Assembly: GCA_937998865.1 (NCBI GenBank)
Contig: CALLBR010000017.1
Coordinates: forward strand, 82,289-146,288
DNA: 64,000 bases
Reading direction: 5' to 3'
Source: an uncultured bacterium
GTDB lineage: Bacteria; Nitrospirota; Thermodesulfovibrionia; Thermodesulfovibrionales; Thermodesulfovibrionaceae
The translations under genes were made by a program, and so were the position numbers. This document shows positions 56,613 to 64,000 of this stretch, one piece after another. The first letter of the stretch is position 1. Every line of letters begins with the position of its first letter. The notes under the pieces were generated by a model. That model worked only from the letters and a program-made list of their open reading frames with translations. It had not been told where the DNA came from and made no database searches.

Positions 56613-57722
56613 TTATAATAATTTAAAAGGCATAACTATACTTTCGTATTTGAATTCTTCAGAAGGTTCGGCATCGGTAATATAAACAGCTCTATCAGGT
56701 GAACTCATGGTAAGTTTACCTCTGTCAGAACTAAGCTCATCAAGGGCTTCTATTAAATATTTTGCATTAAAGCCTATCTCAATAGGCGAAGATTGATAAT
56801 CTATTGGTAATTCATCCTTAGCCTCTCCAAGCTCAGGATCAGAGGCTGAGATAATTACTAAATCCTCTGCAAAGTCCATCTTCACAGCGCTCTGATTCTC
56901 TCTGCTTAAAATGGAAACCCTTTTTAAAGCAGAGATCATCAATTTTTTATCAAAAATAGCCACTTTATCATTATGTTTAGGAATTACTAATTCATAATCA
57001 GGATAATTCCCCTCTATCATTCTTGTAAGAAAAACTATACCATTTATCTCAAACATTACATGAGTTTTACCAATATTAAAAACTACCGATTCTGCCTCTG
57101 TTAGAAATTTTCTTAATTCATTTAATGATTTTTTTGATAAAATTACTTTTATCTCTTGGGAAGTATTAACTCCTTCCAATTTTGCCCTAAATAGGGCTAA
57201 CCTATGGCCGTCGGTACCTACCACTCTGAATTCCTTTCCCTCCTTTATATGAAAAAGCAATCCATTTAAAACATAACGAGCATCTGCCTCTCCAGCAGCA
57301 TAAATTGTTTTCTCTATGGCAGTTAATAAAAAATCTCTTGATAGTTTTATACTTATAGAATCTCCAATTTGGGGCCATACTGGAAATTCATCAGGTTCCA
57401 AGGTAGACAATTTAAAAGTAGTTCTGCCACTTTTTATTAAAATCCATTTGTCTAATAATTGAATCTCAATTTCCTCTTCTAATTCCTTAACAATCTCATA
57501 AAATTTTTTTGCATTAATACATACTTTTCCAGAACTTAAAACCTCCATTTCCACAGGTTGTTTTACTGCTGTTTCTAAGTCAGTAGCCATTATATATCCT
57601 TTATTAGCGTTAGTTTCTAATAAAAAATGATTTAAAATAGGCATAATTCCCTTTTTCTCAACAATATTTTGAATTTTTGAAAGTTTTTGCTGTATTATCT
57701 CTTTTTTGACCCTTATGTGCAT
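56613..57722 (-). CDS. dnaN: DNA polymerase III beta sliding clamp
   Basis: 369 aa, three-domain clamp. Position between dnaA and gyrB. Confidence 0.93.
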   Translation of the reverse strand: MHIRVKKEIIQQKLSKIQNIVEKKGIMPILNHFLLETNANKGYIMATDLETAVKQPVEMEVLSSGKVCINAKKFYEIVKELEEEIEIQLLDKWILIKSGRTTFKLSTLEPDEFPVWPQIGDSISIKLSRDFLLTAIEKTIYAAGEADARYVLNGLLFHIKEGKEFRVVGTDGHRLALFRAKLEGVNTSQEIKVILSKKSLNELRKFLTEAESVVFNIGKTHVMFEINGIVFLTRMIEGNYPDYELVIPKHNDKVAIFDKKLMISALKRVSILSRENQSAVKMDFAEDLVIISASDPELGEAKDELPIDYQSSPIEIGFNAKYLIEALDELSSDRGKLTMSSPDRAVYITDAEPSEEFKYESIVMPFKLL

Positions 57723-57737
57723 ATTTTCCTCCTAAAC

Positions 57738-59054
57738 TTATTTCCCTGTAATTTTCTTTATAATGTTATCTATTAATCTGCTTAAATTTTCATCTTTTTG
57801 TCTTTCTCTCTCAATTTGTTTACAAGCATAAATTACAGTGGCATGATCTTTACCTCCGAAGGCATTACCTATTTCTGCAAGAGAGAGATTTGTAACTTTT
57901 TTAGTAATATACATGGCAATTTTTCTTGCATGAGATATTTCTTTTGTTCTCTTCTTAGATTTAATGTCTTGCACTTTAATTCCTAATGTCTCCGATACTA
58001 ATTTCTGAACCACCTCAATTGTAATAGGCTTATTATCATCAGGAAGTAAATCTTTTAAAACTTGTCTTGCCACCTCTAAATTTATAGGACTTTTTGTTAA
58101 AGATACATAGGCGCAAAGTTTAATCAGAGAGCCCTCTAACTCTCTTACATTTGACTTTACTCGAGAAGCTATAAAATTAGCAACATCTTCTGGTAAAACT
58201 ATTCCCTCTCTTTCTGCCTTTTTGTATAAAATAGCTAATCTTGTCTCCATTTCTGGGGGTTGAATATCAGCTATCAATCCCATTCCAAATCTTGAACGAA
58301 GACGATCAGTAATATCAGAAATTTCCATAGGAGGTCTATCACTGGATACTACTATTTGTTTTTGCTTTGAGTAAAGCTCATTGAATGTATGAAAAAATTC
58401 CTCTTGGGTGGAGTCTTTTCCTGCAATAAATTGAATGTCATCTACTAAAAAAATATCCACATTTCTGTATTTAGCCCTAAATTCAGGCATTTTTTCATGT
58501 CTAATAGCAGAGATAAATTCTCCTGTAAATTGTTCTGAAGAAATATAGCAAACATTTAAATTAGGATTGTTATCTAAAATAAAGTTACCTATAGCATTTA
58601 TCAAATGAGTTTTTCCTAAACCAACTCCTCCATAAATAAAGAGAGGATTATAGGCAAAGCCAGGATTTTCTGCTACTCTAAAAGCTGCTGCATGAGCAAA
58701 TTGATTTGAGGGACCTACCACAAAAGAATCAAAGGTATATTTTGGATTTAAATTTCCCCTCTTTACCTTTAGAGGTTTATCTTCAGTGTTAAGCTGCGGC
58801 TGTTCTTTCCCACTTAATTCATAATAAACTTCAAAGTCTTTACCTGTTATTTCCTTAAGTGTATCCTTTATCAATAGAGGAAAATTATCTTCTATCCAAT
58901 CTTGAAAAAATCTATTTGGAATTTCAAGAAATATTTCAGAATCCTTTATTGTAACTATTTTAATAGGAGAAAACCATAGATTAAAAATAGATTCTCCTAC
59001 TTTATGTTTTATTGTTTCTAAAATTTTTTGCCAAATTTTATTTAATTCTTCCAT
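57738..59054 (-). CDS. dnaA: chromosomal replication initiator protein DnaA
   Basis: 438 aa. Walker A GGVGLGKTHL, the AAA+ sensor motifs, and a C-terminal DnaA-box binding domain (…GGKDHATVIYACK…). Confidence 0.96.
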   Translation of the reverse strand: MEELNKIWQKILETIKHKVGESIFNLWFSPIKIVTIKDSEIFLEIPNRFFQDWIEDNFPLLIKDTLKEITGKDFEVYYELSGKEQPQLNTEDKPLKVKRGNLNPKYTFDSFVVGPSNQFAHAAAFRVAENPGFAYNPLFIYGGVGLGKTHLINAIGNFILDNNPNLNVCYISSEQFTGEFISAIRHEKMPEFRAKYRNVDIFLVDDIQFIAGKDSTQEEFFHTFNELYSKQKQIVVSSDRPPMEISDITDRLRSRFGMGLIADIQPPEMETRLAILYKKAEREGIVLPEDVANFIASRVKSNVRELEGSLIKLCAYVSLTKSPINLEVARQVLKDLLPDDNKPITIEVVQKLVSETLGIKVQDIKSKKRTKEISHARKIAMYITKKVTNLSLAEIGNAFGGKDHATVIYACKQIERERQKDENLSRLIDNIIKKITGK

Positions 59055-59382
59055 TTTTTCAACAACTTTTAAACATTTGTTAAAAACTTTTGTGTTAATT
59101 CTTTGTTAAAGTTAAAAATCCTTATTTTTCAATTAGATAAAAATAGAGACTTAAAATTTAACCATCTCATTATATACCATAATTAACAAACTGAGCAATA
59201 AAATGTTGAAAACTTGTAATAAAGTTAAAATTTTTCACATAAAAAAATTAGTTATACCTTCCAAGGCAAAATTTGTAAAAAAATTTAAAAAATTTTTCAC
59301 ACTATAACTCCTCATAAAAAAGTCAGATTTTCAAAAACTAACAAAAATTGTAATACTACTAATACTTCTAAAAAAATAAAAA
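59055..59382. other. candidate oriC / dnaA promoter region
   Basis: A 328-bp, very AT-rich non-coding gap directly upstream of dnaA. Two identical near-consensus DnaA boxes TTTTTCACA lie at 59231..59239 and 59293..59301 (one mismatch to TTATNCACA), with further TTTTCA(A/C) copies. The 10-mer AAAGTTAAAA is repeated at 59108 and 59221. Confidence 0.45.
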
Positions 59383-60502
59383 CTAATTTAAAGCTTTAGA
59401 ATTAAACTTTTTCAAATAAGCTTCAATAAAAATATCAATTTCACCATCTAATACTTGTTCTACATTAAAAGCCTCTATTTCTGTTCGATGGTCTTTAATT
59501 AACCTGTAAGGATGTAAGATATAAGACCTTATTTGGTTGCCCCAGCCAATATTTTTTTTATTTCCTACTAATGCTTTAATTTTCTCTTCTTTTTCTTTCT
59601 CCATTAAAGCAAAAAGTTTAGATCGCAATATTTTCATAGCTAATTCTCTATTCCTATGTTGAGACCTCTCTGTCTGACAAGTAACTACTATTCCTGTAGG
59701 AATATGAGTAATTCTCACTGCAGAAGAAACTTTATTTACATGTTGACCACCAGCCCCTGATGCTCTAAAAGTATCTATTCTTAAATCATCTTCCTTAATA
59801 TCTAACTGAATATTATCCTCAATCTCAGGACATACATGAACAGCAGCAAAAGATGTATGTCTTCTTTTGTTAGCATCAAAAGGAGATACTCTTACAAGTC
59901 TGTGAACTCCAGCTTCGGCTTTAAGATAGCCATATGCATATGAACCCTCTACAGTAAAGGTAATATCTTTTATTCCTGCTTCCTCGCCTGCCTGCAAGTC
60001 AATAATTTGGACATTATATCCCTTTTTTTCTGCCCATCTTAAGTACATACGCATAAGCATTTCAGCCCAATCTTGACTCTCCGTTCCCCCAGCTCCAGGA
60101 TGAATTGATACTATAGCATTACTTTTATCATGCTCCCCCTTTAGAAGGAGCTTAAGTTCCAAAGTCTCAATTTGCTTTTTTATTTTATCTGTGTCTTTTT
60201 CTAAATCTCTTAAAAGTAAATAGCCCTCTTCTTCCGATTCAGCAATTTCAAAGGCTTGTTCTAAGTATAGAAAACGCTCTGTTATCTCTTCAATAGGCTC
60301 TAAAATCTCTAGAATTTTATTTTTTTCTTTTTGTAAATCTTTTGTTTTGTCTAAATCTCTCCATACTTCTTCTCTTTGTAATTCTATATCTAATTCCTCT
60401 AATCTTTTCTTTAAACCATCTATTTCAAAGGCAGTCTCTAAGTGAATATATTTTTTCTTTTAAATTTTTCAAGTCAGTCTTTAAATCCTCAGATATAACC
60501 AT
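59383..60502 (-). CDS. prfB: peptide chain release factor 2, with programmed +1 frameshift
   Basis: Frame 0: ATG 60502 … TCA CTT AGA GAC TGC CTT TGA (the TGA is at 60427..60425). A shift of +1 at CTT-T gives …EIDGLKKRLEEL… continuing into the tracked ORF 59383..60162. That ORF carries SPF (VRVSPFD) and GGQ (GAGGQHVN). Confidence 0.9.
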
Positions 60503-62070
60503 CTTTTACCTCCTATATTAATATTGCCAATTATAAAAATCAATGAAATTACAATACATAAATAGGCAAAAATGTTGCCATATTTTGTATAAAAAGTTAT
60601 TTTGTTATTAATTCCTACATTTTCAATCAAATAAGTTCTCTCAAATAACTTTGTATTTTTTATAATTCTTCCTCTACTATCTATAAAACCTGATATACCT
60701 GAATTTGCTGATCTTATTAAAGGTTTTCTATTTTCTATTGCACGAAAAACTGCCATTGAAAAATGTTGATAAGGACCAGAAGTATTTCCAAACCAACCAT
60801 CATTTGTAATATTTACTATAAAATTTCCACCTTTTTGATAAAATTTTCTTACTTGTTCGGGAAAAATACTTTCATAACAAATTAAAGTAGCAAACCTTCC
60901 AAAGTGAGTTATTGCTACATTGTAACTTTTACCCGGCTGGTAATCACCGAGGCCAACTGTTAATTTTTCTACAAAAAATAAAATTCTCCTTAATGGTACA
61001 TATTCCCCAAAAGGTACTAAATGTATTTTATCATAATAATAAGCAATTACTCCATGTGGATCTAATAATAATGCACTATTTGTATATTTACCTTTTTCTC
61101 TTTCCATTATACTTCCAAGGAGTAGATAGATTTTTTCTTGCCTAACAAAATTTATAAGTTCTTCTGTAAAATATCTATTTTTTTCAAAAATAAAAGGTAA
61201 GGCAGTTTCAGGCCAAACAATCAATTCAGGTCCGTATTTTTTGCTCTCAATGGTAAGTGTTTTATAAATACCTAAGATTTCCTGAATTTTTTTAAAATCC
61301 CATTTTTCATTTTGAGGTATATTTCCTTGAATAATTGCTACTTTAAAGTTATGGTAAGATTCATTTTCTTTTAATTTTTTTAATCCATAAAAGATTGAAA
61401 AGGAAAAAACAATTAAAACTAAAAAAGTGCTTAATACGATTGTATACATAGGTAAAAGAGGGTGAGTAAGCTTTCGTTTTTTAAAAATTAGAATATCAAA
61501 AATAATACAATTAAAAAGAAGCACTAGGAAAGAAACTCCATAAATTCCTGTGATATCAGCAATTTGGGATATGAGTAAAAATTTATATTGGCTATATCCT
61601 ATCAATGCCCAGGGAAAGCCAGTAAAAAGATAACTTCTTAAAACTTCAAAGGAAATCCAAATAAAAGGAGCATATAAGGAAGTGGGAATATTGTTTCTAA
61701 GTAAATTTTTGAAAAACAAGGCAAAGCCCAAAGGATAAAGGGCAAGATAAGCTGACAAAAGAGCCACAACTACATAACTTAAAATTAGAGGTACTGAACC
61801 GTAAAAATAAAGAGAATGATAAATCCAGTAAACATTTCCTAAAAAATAAAGAAAGCCAAATATAAAGCTACCTCTAATAACAGTCTTGTAGTCTTTTGCA
61901 TTGTAAAGAAAGAAAAAAAAGGGTACAAAACTTATCCAGGCAAAGAAGTATAAATCAATAGGAGAAAAGCTTAAGATGAGAAAAATTGCTGATAAAAAAC
62001 AAAAGAGGTATTTTTTTATAACTTTGATAAGATGTTCTGGAAATTCTTCTATAAATTCTGGTAAAAGCAT
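60481..62070 (-). CDS. lnt: apolipoprotein N-acyltransferase
   Basis: 529 aa. Multi-TM N-domain plus a CN-hydrolase domain with E (VWPE), K (DKIHLVPFGEY) and C (LICYES) catalytic residues. The stop overlaps the prfB start by 22 nt. Confidence 0.92.
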   Translation of the reverse strand: MLLPEFIEEFPEHLIKVIKKYLFCFLSAIFLILSFSPIDLYFFAWISFVPFFFFLYNAKDYKTVIRGSFIFGFLYFLGNVYWIYHSLYFYGSVPLILSYVVVALLSAYLALYPLGFALFFKNLLRNNIPTSLYAPFIWISFEVLRSYLFTGFPWALIGYSQYKFLLISQIADITGIYGVSFLVLLFNCIIFDILIFKKRKLTHPLLPMYTIVLSTFLVLIVFSFSIFYGLKKLKENESYHNFKVAIIQGNIPQNEKWDFKKIQEILGIYKTLTIESKKYGPELIVWPETALPFIFEKNRYFTEELINFVRQEKIYLLLGSIMEREKGKYTNSALLLDPHGVIAYYYDKIHLVPFGEYVPLRRILFFVEKLTVGLGDYQPGKSYNVAITHFGRFATLICYESIFPEQVRKFYQKGGNFIVNITNDGWFGNTSGPYQHFSMAVFRAIENRKPLIRSANSGISGFIDSRGRIIKNTKLFERTYLIENVGINNKITFYTKYGNIFAYLCIVISLIFIIGNINIGGKRWLYLRI

Positions 62071-62102
62071 TAGATATTTATGTTATCATAATTGATAATG
62101 TT

Positions 62103-62870
62103 ATGGTTAATATCTGTGTGATCCCTGCTCGATATGGTTCTACAAGATTCCCGGGTAAACCGCTTGCTATCCTTAAAGATAAACCTATTATTCAGCATGT
62201 TTATGAAAAAGCAAAATCCTCAAGATTACTCAAAGATGTCTTTGTAGCTACTGATGATATAAGAATTGTCAAAGTTGTAGAATCCTTCGGGGGAAAAGCT
62301 ATAATGACTTCAAAAAAGCATCCATCTGGAACTGACAGAATTGCTGAGGCAGTAGCTTCTCTTCGTAAAGAAGGATATAATTTGAATGAAAATTCAATTA
62401 TTATAAATCTTCAAGGAGATGAGCCTTTAGTTAATCCTAAAATGATTGATAAATTAATAGAAATAATGGAAGGAGAAATTAATTCAATAGGAACATTGGC
62501 AAAGAGAATTGAAAAAGAGGAAGATTTTTATAATCCAAACATTGTGAAAGTAGTTTTTGACAAAAAAGGATATGCTCTTTATTTTTCAAGAAGTCCAATT
62601 CCTTTTGACAGGGATAAATTTTTAAAGGGTGCTTCTAATATTAATTTCATGTATAAACACATAGGAATTTATGGTTATTCCCTTAAAATTCTTTGTGAAT
62701 TTGTAAAACTTCCTCCATCAATTCTTGAAAAAGTTGAATCTTTAGAGCAATTAAGAGCCCTTGAAAATGGTATTAGGATAAAAGTAGGTTTAACTGAATA
62801 TGATTCCTTTGGAATTGATACACCTCAAGATTTGGAGGTAGCTGAAAAATGCCTAAATACATTTTTATAA
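62103..62870 (+). CDS. kdsB: 3-deoxy-manno-octulosonate cytidylyltransferase
   Basis: 255 aa. [15 protein letters not shown] and NLQGDEP motifs. Confidence 0.93.
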   Translation: MVNICVIPARYGSTRFPGKPLAILKDKPIIQHVYEKAKSSRLLKDVFVATDDIRIVKVVESFGGKAIMTSKKHPSGTDRIAEAVASLRKEGYNLNENSIIINLQGDEPLVNPKMIDKLIEIMEGEINSIGTLAKRIEKEEDFYNPNIVKVVFDKKGYALYFSRSPIPFDRDKFLKGASNINFMYKHIGIYGYSLKILCEFVKLPPSILEKVESLEQLRALENGIRIKVGLTEYDSFGIDTPQDLEVAEKCLNTFL

Positions 62871-64000
62871 CAGGTGGAGTTGTATCTGCCTTAGGAAAAG
62901 GTATAGCAGCTGCAGCTATAGGTGCTCTTTTAGAAGCAAAGGGATTTAAAGTTACTATACAGAAGCTTGATCCTTATATAAATGTAGATCCAGGAACATT
63001 AAGTCCCTTTGAACATGGAGAGGTTTATGTAACTGATGATGGTTGTGAGACTGATTTAGATTTAGGTCATTATGAAAGATTTACTAATTTGATTACCTCC
63101 AATGTTAATAATTACACTTCTGGAAAAATTTACTTCAATGTTATCTCTAAGGAGAGAAGAGGAGACTATCTGGGACATACTGTTCAAGTAGTTCCCCATG
63201 TGACAGATGAAATAAAAGAGGCAATTAAATCAGCTGCAAAAAATAATGAATATGACATAGTAATTGTAGAGGTAGGAGGTACGGTAGGAGATATTGAAGG
63301 GTTACCCTTTTTAGAGGGAATAAGGCAATTTAGATATGATGTGGGAAGAGAGAATGTTCTATATATTCATCTCACACTTGTACCTTACATAAAGAGTGCT
63401 GGGGAACTCAAAACAAAACCAACTCAACACAGTGTAAACAGTTTAAGATCCATAGGAATTCAACCTGATATTCTTTTATGTAGAGCTGACAGACCTATTC
63501 CTCCCTCCTTAAAGAAAAAGATAGCCCTACACTGTAATCTTGATTTTGATTCTGTTATTTCTGCCCATGATGTAGAGACTGTCTATGAAGTACCAATTAA
63601 TTTCAAAAATGAAGGATTAGATCTTCTTATTGAAAAGAAACTCTTTTTACCTCATAGATTAGAAGATTTATCGCCTTGGGAAGAGGTTGTAAGGAAGATT
63701 AAAAATCCTAAAAGCGAGGTTAATATTGCTGTGGTTGGGAAATATATAGGACTAAGGGATTCTTATAAAAGTCTAACAGAAGCCTTAATTCATGGAGGAA
63801 TAGCAAATGAAGCAAAGGTAAACATCCTTTGGGTAAACTCAGAGGATATTGAAAAGGATGGTCCCAGGATTCATCTAAAGGATGCCCATGGAATTCTAAT
63901 TCCTGGGGGTTTTGGCAGTAGAGGCATAGAGGGTAAAATTGAAGCCATAAGATATGCAAGAGAGAATAAAGTACCATTATTTGGAATATGCCTTGGAATG
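62849..64000 (+). CDS. pyrG: CTP synthase, 3' end cut by window edge
   Basis: Not in the ORF track because it runs off the window. From ATG 62849 it reads [50 protein letters not shown]… and stays open to nt 64000 (384 codons), ending in the glutaminase domain (…PLFGICLGM). GGAGG lies 9 nt upstream. Overlaps kdsB by 22 nt. Confidence 0.93.
   Translation, partial: MPKYIFITGGVVSALGKGIAAAAIGALLEAKGFKVTIQKLDPYINVDPGTLSPFEHGEVYVTDDGCETDLDLGHYERFTNLITSNVNNYTSGKIYFNVISKERRGDYLGHTVQVVPHVTDEIKEAIKSAAKNNEYDIVIVEVGGTVGDIEGLPFLEGIRQFRYDVGRENVLYIHLTLVPYIKSAGELKTKPTQHSVNSLRSIGIQPDILLCRADRPIPPSLKKKIALHCNLDFDSVISAHDVETVYEVPINFKNEGLDLLIEKKLFLPHRLEDLSPWEEVVRKIKNPKSEVNIAVVGKYIGLRDSYKSLTEALIHGGIANEAKVNILWVNSEDIEKDGPRIHLKDAHGILIPGGFGSRGIEGKIEAIRYARENKVPLFGICLGM

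Noticed and set aside
63720-63977. 85-aa minus-strand ORF near the right edge.
   Set aside because: Antisense to pyrG (CTP synthase), which reads open in frame from 62849 to the window end.

Overview
This is a 64-kb, AT-rich chromosomal window (roughly one-third G+C by eye). Genes are tightly packed and often overlap by 1-4 nt. The gene content points to a flagellated diderm, probably a thermophilic anaerobe: flagellar L/P rings, lnt and kdsB, plus a tungsten-type aldehyde:ferredoxin oxidoreductase, a RACo-like protein and a CooC-like protein. It resembles Thermodesulfovibrio/Nitrospirota, but I cannot verify the taxon without a database search.

Layout:
- 1-20 kb, mixed strands, housekeeping and metal/energy genes: Fe-ADH (partial), lipA, csp, mazG, cooC-like, HAD, pilT-pilT paralog-pseudo-receiver operon, rlmB, cysS, RACo-like, GT9, SapC-like, copA, chrA, MoaD-like/AOR/radical-SAM-SPASM cluster, then tRNA-Val and tRNA-Asp.
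- 20.1-53.1 kb, one uninterrupted minus-strand motility supercluster. In transcription order: fliK-like, flhB-CC paralog, trpC | fliLMN, fliO-P fusion, fliQR, flhBAFG, fliA | HEAT-repeat protein, cheR, RR, cheY, cheA, cheW-cheZ fusion, cheB, HDOD | flgF, G, A, H, I, flgJ(M23) | flgM, N, K, L, csrA, fliW, GT9-methyltransferase fusion, HDOD.
- 53-62 kb, minus strand: serS, gyrB, dnaN, dnaA, a 328-bp candidate oriC, prfB with its programmed +1 frameshift, and lnt.
- 62.1-64 kb, plus strand: kdsB and pyrG (partial).

I saw no rRNA, CRISPR, IS/transposon, prophage or recognisable defence genes. I found no clear-cut new system.

The most unusual items:
- A CheW-CheZ fusion.
- A GT9/Zn-ribbon/SAM-methyltransferase fusion co-transcribed with fliW.
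- A HEAT-repeat gene heading the che operon.
- Paralogous HDOD genes closing two motility operons.
- A non-canonical NPLH site in FlhB, together with a stand-alone FlhB-CC paralog.
- A recurring leaderless-type promoter architecture (TGnTATAAT 6-8 nt before the ATG, no SD).
- A perfect 32-nt palindrome plus tandem 13-mers between aor and moaD.

All promoter and motif calls were made by eye and are hypotheses. The ORF track uses ATG, GTG and TTG starts, so I re-evaluated several starts.
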